Origin: an uncultured Gemmatimonadaceae bacterium
GTDB lineage: Bacteria > Gemmatimonadota > Gemmatimonadetes > Gemmatimonadales > Gemmatimonadaceae
Direction of reading: 5' to 3'
NCBI GenBank assembly: GCA_963781585.1
Contig: CAWAGQ010000004.1
Span: 928,001-992,000 of the forward strand
DNA length: 64,000 bases
In this document: positions 20,830 to 30,134 of the stretch, piece by piece
Layout of the letters: each line of letters starts with the position of its first letter
Position numbering within the stretch: position 1 is the stretch's first letter
Notes under the pieces: model-generated
Seen by the model: only the letters and a program-made list of their open reading frames with translations
Database searches by the model: none
Told to the model about the DNA's origin: nothing
Program-made: the position numbers and the translations under genes

Positions 20830-21261
20830 TCATGGTTTGGACTTCACGTCCGGACGCTCCGGAAAGACGTCCTGCATCCAGTCCACGCGCTGGAGCACCT
20901 GCGTTGAGTCCCGTCGGAACTGGACCGCCACCGCCCATTCGCCATTCGTGATGAAACTCAGCGTACCGTAGTAGGTCCCCAGCTCCTCACCGGGGAGAAG
21001 CGCGTCCCAGACGTTCACGTTGTCATGACTGGTCGCGAAGATGCGCCCTTCCCCGCCCTCGATCGGCTGACCGGTCTTGCTGTCGCGTACCACGACCTTG
21101 TACTTGATGGGCTCGCGCGCGTGCGGCGGCACGGGGTCGGAGATGACGCGGTACTTCATGTCCTCCGACTCGAGACGGATCGAGAGATCCGGCGCCTCCG
21201 GCGTGCACACCGCCACGACCGGCATCAGCAGGAGCACGGCCAGCCACACCCGACTCCTCAC
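20830..21261 (-). CDS. Secreted or membrane-anchored protein, possibly YtkA/FixH-like Ig fold
   Basis: GTG overlaps the ino1 stop (GTGA); signal-like N-terminus; GQPIEG...GTYYGTLSF...GEWAVAV pattern. Confidence 0.65.
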   Translation of the reverse strand: MRSRVWLAVLLLMPVVAVCTPEAPDLSIRLESEDMKYRVISDPVPPHAREPIKYKVVVRDSKTGQPIEGGEGRIFATSHDNVNVWDALLPGEELGTYYGTLSFITNGEWAVAVQFRRDSTQVLQRVDWMQDVFPERPDVKSKP

Positions 21262-22589
21262 CACCCGTAGTACTCCAGCCCGAGGTGGGTGATCTGCTCC
21301 TCGCCCATCAGATGACGCAGCGTGTTTTTGAGCTTCGTCTGCTGAATGAACAGATCGTGCTCCGGCTGAAGGCCGGGCGCGGCCATCGGACTCTTGAAAT
21401 AGAAAGACAGCCATTCCTGAATCCCCTTCATGCCCGCGCGCTGCGCGAAATCCGAGAAGAGCGCCAGATCGAGCACGATCGGCGCCGCCAGAATCGAGTC
21501 CCGACACAGAAAGTTAATCTTGATCTGCATCGGATAGCCCATCCAGCCGAAGATGTCGATGTTGTCCCAGCCTTCCTTATTGTCGCCGCGCGGCGGGTAG
21601 TAGTTGATGCGCACGACGTGAGAAAAGTGCGCGTACAGCTCCGGATACAGGTCGGGCTGCAGGATCGTATGCAGCACACTGAGCTTCGACTCCTCCTTGG
21701 TCTTGAACGACGCCGGATCGTCCAGCACCTCACCGTCCCGATTGCCGAGGATGTTGGTCGAATACCAGCCGGCGAGGCCGAGCATCCGCGCCTTGAGGGC
21801 CGGCGAGATCACCGTCTTGAGCCAGGTCTGCCCGGTCTTGAAATCCTTGCCCGAGATGGGGACGCTGTGGTCGTTCGCGAGCTGCATCAGGGCCGGCGTG
21901 TCCACCGCCAGATTCGGCGCCCCATTCGCGAACGGCACCCCTTCCATGATCGCGGCCCACGCGTACAGCATCGACGGCGCTACCGCATCGTCGTTGCGCT
22001 CCATCGCGCGTTCGAACTGTTCGACGGTGGCGTGCGGCGCACCGGCCTTGATGTACGCTTCGGTCGACGCGCACCACACCATCACCATGCGGTCCACACC
22101 ATTGCGTGACTTGAACTCACGGATGTCCTGCCGCAGTTGCTCGGCGAGGTCGCGCTTGGTCTTGCCTTGCTTGCAGTTCGTCCCGCTGATCCGTGTCACG
22201 TAGCGTGAATCGAACACCGCCGGCATGGGTCGCACGGATCGCAGGAATTCCGCTACCGGCTCCACGTGCCGTTCCTCGAGCACCCCCGCCTTTCGCGCCG
22301 CGGTGTAGGCATCATCCGGAATGGGATCCCAGGCCCCGAACACCAGATCGTCAAGCGATGCCAAGGGGACGAAGTCCTTGATAAGCGGTGAGCGATGCTC
22401 GGTCCGTCGCCCGAGACGGATGGTCGCCATCTGCGTGAGCGAGCCGATGGGACTCGACAAGCCGCGCCGGATGCTCTCGACCCCCGCGATGAAGGTCGTG
22501 GCAACAGCGCCGAGCCCTGGCGTCAGAACGCCGAGCTTGCCGGCCGGTGGACGTATCGTCACACGAGGTGTCGCGGAAGAGGCCGGCAC
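21258..22589 (-). CDS. ino1: myo-inositol-1-phosphate synthase
   Basis: GLGAVATT, WCASTE, FANGAP, GKDFKTGQT, NILGNRDG, SKLSV, GDNKEGWD and CRDSILAAP. Confidence 0.93.
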   Translation of the reverse strand: MPASSATPRVTIRPPAGKLGVLTPGLGAVATTFIAGVESIRRGLSSPIGSLTQMATIRLGRRTEHRSPLIKDFVPLASLDDLVFGAWDPIPDDAYTAARKAGVLEERHVEPVAEFLRSVRPMPAVFDSRYVTRISGTNCKQGKTKRDLAEQLRQDIREFKSRNGVDRMVMVWCASTEAYIKAGAPHATVEQFERAMERNDDAVAPSMLYAWAAIMEGVPFANGAPNLAVDTPALMQLANDHSVPISGKDFKTGQTWLKTVISPALKARMLGLAGWYSTNILGNRDGEVLDDPASFKTKEESKLSVLHTILQPDLYPELYAHFSHVVRINYYPPRGDNKEGWDNIDIFGWMGYPMQIKINFLCRDSILAAPIVLDLALFSDFAQRAGMKGIQEWLSFYFKSPMAAPGLQPEHDLFIQQTKLKNTLRHLMGEEQITHLGLEYYGW

Positions 22590-22622
22590 GCTAGGGGATC
22601 TCCAGAAATCTCGCGAATGTCG

Positions 22623-23378
22623 TCAGTGAGCCACGTCGAGTCGCCGCACGAACGTGCGGCTCTCGGGTTTGCGTATCGTCACGCTTCCCACCGGATCCCG
22701 TTCGCCGCGCTGGCCCAGGCGCTCGGGGTCCGTCCCCCCGCGACCGGAAGGCGGCGTGGTGGCGCGATACACGAACGCGATCCGCTGCACGGCCGTGATC
22801 CACGCCGTTACGGAGAGCACCACGCAGATCGAGATCAGCACCCAACCGCTGAGCGCGAGGCCGAAGAATGCCTGCGGTGCTGACAGCAGGATGATGCGGC
22901 CCGGTCGCTGAAGGATGCCCACCTTGGCGTCGATGCCCAGGCTCTCGGCTCGGGCACGGGTATACGAGGTCAGAAAGGATCCGACGATCCCGAGGAGCAG
23001 CACCGCAACCATGGGAGTCGACATGTACGCCGGAAACCCCAGAAGTGCGTCCCTCCGGGAGAAGAAGACGCACAGCCCGCCCAGAATGGCGCCGTCGGCC
23101 AGGCGGTCCAGCGTCGAATCGTAGAACGCACCGAATACGCTCTCGCGACCCGTGCGTCGCGCTACCTGGCCGTCCACGACATCGAACAGGGCGGTGAATC
23201 CCAGGACGTATCCGGCCACCCGGATGTGTCCGGTGGCGTAGATCGCCCCCGCAGCGACGCAGCACAGCGTCCCGACGGTCGTGATCGCGTTCGGATTGAC
23301 CTTCCTTGCCACCATCCAGTCAACTATGGGCGCAATGAGCCAGAAATAGCCGCGCTTGACCTGTTCCCAGAGGCGCAT
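22623..23378 (-). CDS. CDP-alcohol phosphatidyltransferase, likely phosphatidylinositol-phosphate synthase
   Basis: NPNAIT, DVVDGQVARRTGRESVFGAFYDSTLDR signature and SYTRARAE; directly upstream of ino1. Confidence 0.85.
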   Translation of the reverse strand: MRLWEQVKRGYFWLIAPIVDWMVARKVNPNAITTVGTLCCVAAGAIYATGHIRVAGYVLGFTALFDVVDGQVARRTGRESVFGAFYDSTLDRLADGAILGGLCVFFSRRDALLGFPAYMSTPMVAVLLLGIVGSFLTSYTRARAESLGIDAKVGILQRPGRIILLSAPQAFFGLALSGWVLISICVVLSVTAWITAVQRIAFVYRATTPPSGRGGTDPERLGQRGERDPVGSVTIRKPESRTFVRRLDVAH

Positions 23379-23454
23379 CAGATGCGAAAAGACCCTGGTT
23401 GGATGGGTGGCGGAGTGCCGGGTGACGAGGGCGGGGATTTTCTGCAAGCCTCTG

Positions 23455-23483
23455 AAACTACGCCGGTTAGTAGCCGGTCACAA
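23455..23483 (-). promoter_or_regulatory. Putative sigma70 promoter for the phosphotransferase-ino1 unit
   Basis: Minus strand TTGTGA-N17-TAGTTT. Confidence 0.5.
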
Positions 23484-23720
23484 CCCTCGTCAGGTGAACC
23501 GAATGGCCGACCGTCGGCACCCGACGGCTGGCCATTCCGGGAGGCTTCCTGCACGCGCAGGGCGAAGACCATTGCGCGACCGCGCTACACGTCTCACCAT
23601 GCCGACTTGTACCACGCTACCTTAGTTCAGGCAGGCCGCGCGCCCACTCATCGTGGAACCGGCGGCACCGCGACACAATCCGGTGACTCATTTGCCGGCA
23701 CGTTCCACGAAAGGAAGACG

Positions 23721-24950
23721 ATGATGCACTCGACATGCGGCGCTTCAGGCACGAGGCTCCTTGCGGCTGCGACCGCTGGGCTCGCGTTGCTTGCACCCGG
23801 ACTCGGAGCCCAACCGGCGCTGCCGGAGGGTGGTGCGGCACCGCACGTCATCGCCTCCGGTTCGAACGCGGCGGACGTGGCCCGGCTCGGGGATTCGGTG
23901 CGGGCCATCCTCACGCTCGGTGTGCGCGACTCGGCGTTTCCCGGCGCGGTCGCCATCGTGGGCACGCGCGACGGCATTCTCACCGAGACCGCCGTTGGCC
24001 ATCTCGACTGGGATCCGTCACCGGTGCCTGATGAGCATACTCTCTGGGATCTGGCCTCGCTCACGAAGGTCGTAGCGCTGACCAGCGTGGTGATGCAGCT
24101 CGTGGAGGCGCACCGGCTGGACCTCGATGCGCCCGTCCAGAAGTACCTGCCGGAGTGGACCGGAAAGTACAAGAGCCGCGTGACGGTCCGGCACCTGCTC
24201 ACGCATTCGTCCGGACTGCCGGCCTGGCGCCCGTTGTACAAGGAGGCTGCGTCTCCGGCCCAAGCGCTCCAGCTGGCGATCGAGACGCCGCTCGACACCG
24301 CCCCGGGCGTGAGGATGGTGTACAGCGACATCGGCGCCATCCTGCTGGGGCAGATCGTCGTCCGGATCACGCACGAACCGTTCGATCAGTATGTCTCCGA
24401 GCACGTCCTGCAACCGCTCGGGATGCACGAGACGATGTTCCGACCGCCGCCGGACTTGCGCGCGCGCGCCGCCCCCACCGAAGTGGATCCCTGGCGGCAA
24501 CGCCACCTGCAGGGGGAGGTCCACGACGAAAACGCCTACGCGTTAGGCGGTGTCTCGTCGCATGCCGGATTGTTCAGCACGGCCGGCGACCTGACCCGGT
24601 TCGCCCGGATGTACCTGAACGGGGGCACGCTCGACGGCACCCGCGTTGTCTCGCCCGAGACGATCGCCCGATTCACCGCGGTGCAGGATCGCGCTTTCTC
24701 CAACCGGGCCCTGGGATGGGAAACGCCGTCGGGCTCGAACTCCGCCGGGCACTTCATGTCGTCCACCGCATTTGGCCACACCGGATTCACCGGCACGTCA
24801 CTGTGGATTGATCCGCAACGGGGTGTTTTCGTCCTCCTGCTCACCAATCGGGTGGACCCTACACGGCAACGCACGGGTATCGCGGGCGTCCGCACCCGGG
24901 TCGCCGACGCCGCGATGGCCGTCGTCACGCATATGCTGGGGAGTCGCTGA
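23721..24950 (+). CDS. Secreted serine hydrolase, beta-lactamase/AmiE-like family
   Basis: Signal peptide, ASLTK (SxxK), LLTHSSG, YSDIG, GEVHDENA and FGHTGFTGT. Confidence 0.88.
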   Translation: MMHSTCGASGTRLLAAATAGLALLAPGLGAQPALPEGGAAPHVIASGSNAADVARLGDSVRAILTLGVRDSAFPGAVAIVGTRDGILTETAVGHLDWDPSPVPDEHTLWDLASLTKVVALTSVVMQLVEAHRLDLDAPVQKYLPEWTGKYKSRVTVRHLLTHSSGLPAWRPLYKEAASPAQALQLAIETPLDTAPGVRMVYSDIGAILLGQIVVRITHEPFDQYVSEHVLQPLGMHETMFRPPPDLRARAAPTEVDPWRQRHLQGEVHDENAYALGGVSSHAGLFSTAGDLTRFARMYLNGGTLDGTRVVSPETIARFTAVQDRAFSNRALGWETPSGSNSAGHFMSSTAFGHTGFTGTSLWIDPQRGVFVLLLTNRVDPTRQRTGIAGVRTRVADAAMAVVTHMLGSR

Positions 24951-25060
24951 AGCGTCTCGACGTTTGCGATGGTGGTGACGCTGGATATCGGTGCCGTCGG
25001 TGCGGGCACCGGGAGCCCTGCCGGCCTTTTAACGGCTTGCCACGCATGAACTAAGCGCGC

Positions 25061-25089
25061 TTGTACGGATCAATCCGAGGCGCTATCAT
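25061..25089 (+). promoter_or_regulatory. Sigma70-type promoter upstream of the iscA-like gene
   Basis: TTGTAC-N17-TATCAT, followed by a short hairpin and a GAGGAGG SD. Confidence 0.7.
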
Positions 25090-25133
25090 TCGACTTACCC
25101 TGTCGCAATTGGCGACAAGCGAGGAGGTATTCA

Positions 25134-25490
25134 GTGAGCACGGTTCAGCAGCCCCAGCTTGCGGTGGTCGTCTCCGGCGCGGCAACCACCGAAGTCAAGA
25201 AATTCATGGATGCCGAGGGTGTGTCGGCCGACGTCGGTGGCCTGCGCGTCAGCGTCCAGCCTGGCGGGTGCAGCGGTTTCAAGTACGCGCTTTTGATCGA
25301 AGACCAGCCGGCGGACGACGACTACGTCCTGCAGCAGGAAGGGTTCCGGTTGTTCGTGGATCCGTTTTCGGCGCAGTATCTCGACAACGTGACCATCGAC
25401 TACGTGACGTCCATGCAGGGTTCGGGCTTCACGTTCAAGAACCCGAACGCCACTGGCGGGTGCGGCTGCGGGCACTCCTTCAGCGCCTGA
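25134..25490 (+). CDS. A-type Fe-S carrier (HesB/IscA/ErpA family)
   Basis: GGCSGFKY and NPNATGGCGCGHSF. Confidence 0.95.
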   Translation: MSTVQQPQLAVVVSGAATTEVKKFMDAEGVSADVGGLRVSVQPGGCSGFKYALLIEDQPADDDYVLQQEGFRLFVDPFSAQYLDNVTIDYVTSMQGSGFTFKNPNATGGCGCGHSFSA

Positions 25491-25502
25491 ACCGACGCAC
25501 CA

Positions 25503-27446
25503 ATGACATCGCGGGCACCGGGCGTTCTGGACGCCGGCGCCGAGCGTGAGGCCCGTGCTCTGCAATCGAGTCGCGGGCCTCTTCATTTGTCACCGCGCGA
25601 CGCGACCTCCCGCGAGCGCATCCGCACTGTCGTCGTGGATGACTACGCGGACATGGCGCGGGTGGTCGCCGGCCGCGTCGCTCAGCTGATTCGCGAGCGC
25701 GCCGAAGCGAACGAATCGGTCGTACTCGGGCTGGCCACAGGTTCCACGCCCATCGGCGTGTATCGCGAGCTGATCCGGATGCACGAGCAGGAGAACCTCA
25801 GCTTTCGCAATGTCACCACGTTCAACCTGGATGAGTACTACCCGATGGATCGGGAGAGCGTGCACTCCTACCATCGGTTCATGTGGGAGAACCTCTTCGC
25901 GCGGATCGACATCGATCCGCGACGCGTGCATCTCCCCGACGGTGGCGTTCCCCGTGAGGCGCTGCTCGAACAGACCCGCCAGTATGAAGAGGCGATCGAG
26001 CGCGCCGGCGGCATCGACTTCCAGATCCTCGGAATCGGCCGCACCGGACACGTCGGATTCAACGAACCCGGGTCCGGCGCTGAAAGCCGGACCCGCGTGG
26101 TCACGCTCGACGCGGTCACGCGCCGCGATGCGGCGGCGGATTTCTTCGGCGAGGACAATGTCCCGCGTGAAGCGATCACGATCGGGATCGCGACGATTCT
26201 CGCGGCCCGCGAGATCGCGATTCTCGCCACGGGTGAACACAAGGCGGCCATCGTCCGGCGCGCAGTGGAGGGCGACGTGGACATGGAAGTCGCCGCCACC
26301 TTTCTGCAGCGCCATCAGAACACCACGTTCTACGTCGACCGCGCCGCGGCCGCCGATCTCACCCGCATTGCGACGCCGTGGCTGGTGGATGAAGTTCGCT
26401 GGACCGACCAGCTCGCGGTGCGGGCCGTGGCCTGGCTGAGCCGGGTCGCGGGCAAGGGCATGCTGAAGCTCACGCAAGGCGACTACGCGGAGCACCGGCT
26501 CTCGTCGCTGGTGGCCGCGTACGGCAGCCCCGGCGACGTGAACGGCAAGGTGTTCAACCTCCTCGGTGCCAAGATCCGTGGGAAATCGAAGCTGCCTCGC
26601 GGGAAGCGCATGCTCGTATTCTCCCCCCACCCCGACGATGACGTGATCTCCATGGGCGGTGCATTGCGCAAGTTGATCGAGAACCGCAATGACATCACCG
26701 TGGCATACATGACGAGCGGCAACATCGCCGTCTTCGATCACGATGTGCGGCGGTACGTGGATTTTCTGGTGCGTCTCGCGCGCGAGAGCGCGATCGGGGC
26801 CGAAGCGACGCTCGCGTTGCGCGACCGGGTGCAGACCTTTCTGGCCCGCAAGCGGCCGGGGGACGTGGATCTGGCCGAGATTCAGGTCATCAAGCGTGTG
26901 ATCCGCGAGACCGAAGCGGTGGCCGCCATTGAGACGCTGGGTCTTTCCGGCGCCAATGCCCGATTCCTCAACCTTCCGTTCTACCAGACCGGCAAGGTGC
27001 GGAAGGATCCGGTCGGTCCGGCCGATGTCGCGATCGTGACGGCCCTCCTGCGCGACCAGCGTCCCGAGATCGTTTTCGTCGCGGGCGATCTCTCCGATCC
27101 ACACGGCACGCACCGGATGTGCAAGGAAGCGATCGAACAGGCGTTAGGCGGGCTGGGTGACGATGCAGGGTTCGCGAAACCCGAGGTCTGGCTGTACCGG
27201 GGCGCGTGGCAGGAGTGGCCGCTCACCGAGGCGACCTGGCTCGTTCCCCTGTCACAGGAAGAACTCCGCGTGAAGATCGAGGCGATCTTCAAGCACCAGT
27301 CGCAGAAGGACTCGGCGCCGTTTCCCGGACAGGACGACCGCGAGTTCTGGCAGCGGGTCGAGGCCCGGAACAAGGAGAGCGCGGCGATGCTCGACCGGCT
27401 CGGACTGGCGGAATACTTCGCGCTGGAAGCCTATGTCGTGGCCTGA
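25503..27446 (+). CDS. nagB: Glucosamine-6-phosphate deaminase, long form with a C-terminal PIG-L deacetylase-like domain
   Basis: GLATGSTP, FNLDEYY, GIGRTGHVGFNEPGS, then FSPHPDDDVISMGG and DPHGTH. Confidence 0.93.
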   Translation: MTSRAPGVLDAGAEREARALQSSRGPLHLSPRDATSRERIRTVVVDDYADMARVVAGRVAQLIRERAEANESVVLGLATGSTPIGVYRELIRMHEQENLSFRNVTTFNLDEYYPMDRESVHSYHRFMWENLFARIDIDPRRVHLPDGGVPREALLEQTRQYEEAIERAGGIDFQILGIGRTGHVGFNEPGSGAESRTRVVTLDAVTRRDAAADFFGEDNVPREAITIGIATILAAREIAILATGEHKAAIVRRAVEGDVDMEVAATFLQRHQNTTFYVDRAAAADLTRIATPWLVDEVRWTDQLAVRAVAWLSRVAGKGMLKLTQGDYAEHRLSSLVAAYGSPGDVNGKVFNLLGAKIRGKSKLPRGKRMLVFSPHPDDDVISMGGALRKLIENRNDITVAYMTSGNIAVFDHDVRRYVDFLVRLARESAIGAEATLALRDRVQTFLARKRPGDVDLAEIQVIKRVIRETEAVAAIETLGLSGANARFLNLPFYQTGKVRKDPVGPADVAIVTALLRDQRPEIVFVAGDLSDPHGTHRMCKEAIEQALGGLGDDAGFAKPEVWLYRGAWQEWPLTEATWLVPLSQEELRVKIEAIFKHQSQKDSAPFPGQDDREFWQRVEARNKESAAMLDRLGLAEYFALEAYVVA

Positions 27447-27461
27447 AGCGGGCGGCGCCAG

Positions 27462-28982
27462 GTGACCTCCCGCTTCACCGCATTCGACGCCGTCGTGCTG
27501 CTCGTCTACATGGTGGGCACCACGCTGCTGGGCGTCTGGCTCGGCCGCGGGCGGAAGAGCGCGCGCGACTACTTCGTGGCCAGCCACCAGATTCCGTGGT
27601 GGGCCGTGCTCTTCTCGGTGGTCGCGACCGAAACCAGCGCGCTTACGTTCATCAGCATTCCGGGGCTGGCCTATACCGGAGATATGACGTTTCTCCAGAT
27701 CGCGGCTGGCTATCTGGTGGGACGCGTGGTAGTCGCGGCGGTGCTGCTGCCGCGCTACTTCCGGGGCGACCTGGTGACGGCCTACGCGCTGCTCGAGCGA
27801 CGCTTCGGCGTGGTGGCGCGCCGCTTCGCGTCGGTGACCTTCATGGCGACCCGCGCATTCGGCGACTCGGTCCGCGTGTTCGCGACCGCCATTCCGGTCG
27901 CCCTCATCATCGGACCGATAATGCCCGCGGCGCGCGTCACCCCGCTCGCCATCCTCCTGCTCGGCGTGTTCACGCTGATCTACACGTACTACGGCGGTAT
28001 GCGTGCCGTCGTGTGGACCGACGTGCTGCAGACCGGCGTCTACCTCCTGGGTGGCGTGTCCGCGTTGGTGCTCATCGGACATGGGGTGACCGGGGGTTGG
28101 AGCGGCATTCTTGCAAACGCCGGCGCCGCCGGGAAACTGCGGGTGTTCGACCTCTATGCCGGCGTGGATCGCGCGCAAACGTTGTGGGCGGGACTCATCG
28201 GCGGCGCGTTCCTGTCCATGGCCTCGCACGGCACCGACCAGCTGATCGTGCAACGTCTGCTGTCATCGTCGGATCTGCGCGACGCGCGACGCGCGCTGGT
28301 GGGGAGCGGCGTCGCCGTCATCGTGCAGTTCGCGCTCTTCCTGGTGATCGGCGTCGGGCTGCACGAGTACTACCACGGTCGCGCGTTCGCGCGGCCCGAC
28401 GAAATCTTCCCCACGTTCATCATTGACGTCATGCCGCCGGGGCTCACCGGTCTGGTGGTCGCGGCGATCCTCGCCGCTGCCATGAGCACGGTCTCCGGCT
28501 CCCTCAACTCGCTGTCCGCCGCGACCACCCACGATATCTTCCTGCCGATCACCGGGCGCCGTGAGGACGAGCAGTCCCTGTACCGCGTCGGCCGCCTGTT
28601 CACGGTTTTCTGGGCGATCGTGCTGATCGGAGGGGCGCTCCTGTATCGCGCACAGGGCACGCCGGTGGTGGTCGTGGCCCTGTCGATCGCTTCGTTCACC
28701 TATGGAGGCTTGTTAGGCGGCTTCGCGCTCGGCGTGACGTGGCGGCGGGCCGTGCAGCGGGACGCCGTCACCGGCATGGCGGTGGGCATCGCCGCCATGA
28801 CGCTGGTGGTGTTCGCCCCGCAGATTTCCGCGGCATACCCGTCGCTGGCCCGCTCGCTGGGCCCCTTGGCGCGCATCGCGTGGCCCTGGTACGTTCTCAT
28901 CGGCACCACCATCACCATGGCGGTCGGAATTCTCTCTTCGCTCACCCATCCGGCGCCCGCCGCGGCGCAGACCGCGCCATGA
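27462..28982 (+). CDS. Sodium:solute symporter (SSS family)
   Basis: Many TM helices; SVVATETSALTFISIPG, GGMRAVVWTD, GTDQLIVQR and AAAMST. Confidence 0.92.
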   Translation: MTSRFTAFDAVVLLVYMVGTTLLGVWLGRGRKSARDYFVASHQIPWWAVLFSVVATETSALTFISIPGLAYTGDMTFLQIAAGYLVGRVVVAAVLLPRYFRGDLVTAYALLERRFGVVARRFASVTFMATRAFGDSVRVFATAIPVALIIGPIMPAARVTPLAILLLGVFTLIYTYYGGMRAVVWTDVLQTGVYLLGGVSALVLIGHGVTGGWSGILANAGAAGKLRVFDLYAGVDRAQTLWAGLIGGAFLSMASHGTDQLIVQRLLSSSDLRDARRALVGSGVAVIVQFALFLVIGVGLHEYYHGRAFARPDEIFPTFIIDVMPPGLTGLVVAAILAAAMSTVSGSLNSLSAATTHDIFLPITGRREDEQSLYRVGRLFTVFWAIVLIGGALLYRAQGTPVVVVALSIASFTYGGLLGGFALGVTWRRAVQRDAVTGMAVGIAAMTLVVFAPQISAAYPSLARSLGPLARIAWPWYVLIGTTITMAVGILSSLTHPAPAAAQTAP

Positions 28983-29914
28983 GCACCTTCGTGATCGGCG
29001 TGGACGGCGGCGGCTCGCATACCCGCGTGCTGGTTTCCGACGACGCCGGGCAGGAGCTGTCGACGGCGGAAGGCGAAGGAAGCGCGGTGCGTCCGGGCGA
29101 TGCCTCCCGCTCGGCGGGCATCATCGTTCAGGCCATTCAGCGCGCCCTGGCGCAGGCCTCGCTCCGCGCCGGTCCCGCACGGATCGCCTGCGTGGGCGTG
29201 GCGGGCGTGGGCCGCGCCGGAGAGCGCGATGCCCTCGCCGACTCCCTCGACGAGGCTGGTGTGGCGAACGAGGTCCTGGTGCTTCCCGATGCGATAATCG
29301 CGCTGGAGGACGCCTTCGGACCGGATGCAGGAGTGCTGTTGTTGTCAGGAACCGGCTCGGTCGCGTTTGCACGAGGGCCAACCGGGACGGTAGCCCGGTG
29401 TGGAGGGTGGGGGCCCGTCTGCGGCGACGAGGGCAGCGGCGCCTGGATCGGACGACAGGCTCTCGGCGTGGTCACCGCCGCCGATGACGGGAGGGAACCC
29501 GAGACGAGCCTCACTGGCCCCCTCCTCTCGGCCGCGGGAGTAGAGCACGTGGACGAACTCATCGCCTGGGCATCGAGCGCCACACCCGCCGACCTCGCGC
29601 TGCTCGCTCCGACGGTGCTGGAGGTGGCTGCAACGGGTGATCTGCGCGCGAACTCGGTCGTCACGATGGCCGTGGAAGAGCTGGGGCTTCACGTGCGCGC
29701 GCTGGCACGCCGGCTCTTTCTCGATGAGCGCGCCGCGTTCCCACTCGCCCTCAGCGGCGGCCTGCTGGCACGTGGTACGCTGCTGCGGAAACGCGTCGAG
29801 CACCGCCTGAAATCGCTCACTCCGGGCGCGCAGCTCCATCCCGCCGACGTGGTGCCGGTTCGCGGGGCGGTCAAGTATGCGCTCCGCCAGGGGCGTTCCA
29901 CCGTCGCCGGGTGA
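28979..29914 (+). CDS. BadF/BadG/BcrA/BcrD-type kinase (GlcNAc/MurNAc kinase-like)
   Basis: IGVDGGGSHT, LSGTGS and GGWGPVCGDEGSG; ATGA overlap with the SSS gene. Confidence 0.88.
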   Translation: MSTFVIGVDGGGSHTRVLVSDDAGQELSTAEGEGSAVRPGDASRSAGIIVQAIQRALAQASLRAGPARIACVGVAGVGRAGERDALADSLDEAGVANEVLVLPDAIIALEDAFGPDAGVLLLSGTGSVAFARGPTGTVARCGGWGPVCGDEGSGAWIGRQALGVVTAADDGREPETSLTGPLLSAAGVEHVDELIAWASSATPADLALLAPTVLEVAATGDLRANSVVTMAVEELGLHVRALARRLFLDERAAFPLALSGGLLARGTLLRKRVEHRLKSLTPGAQLHPADVVPVRGAVKYALRQGRSTVAG

Positions 29915-29967
29915 GGCGCGAATCTGCGAGTGTGCCCTGGGTAGTTGGGGTAACTCGGCAGAATCGC

Positions 29968-30126
29968 GGTCAGAGTCGAATTATTGCCGGCGATTTGGGT
30001 CAGAGTCGACTGCGCCCTGATTGCGGCGCCGATGCCCCTTTCCAACCACCAGCAGAATGGCGCGGCAAGGAATTGGGGCAAGAAAGGGGATCAGACTCCA
30101 ATTCCCGGGAATTGGAGTCTGACCCC
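29968..30126. repeat. Cluster of REP-like repeats including a perfect 32-bp palindrome
   Basis: GGTCAGAGTCGAATT (29968), GGGTCAGAGTCGAC (29997) and TCAGACTCCAATTCCC|GGGAATTGGAGTCTGA (30091-30122), lying between convergent genes. Confidence 0.75.
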
Positions 30127-30134
30127 AATGTCGG

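Noticed and set aside
23721..24950. Bona fide antibiotic-resistance beta-lactamase (also the MBL-fold gene at 14987-15628)
   Set aside because: Motifs and context fit a housekeeping esterase/amidase and a glyoxalase II-like hydrolase.
29968..30126. CRISPR array
   Set aside because: The units are short, degenerate and partly inverted with irregular spacing, and there are no cas genes.
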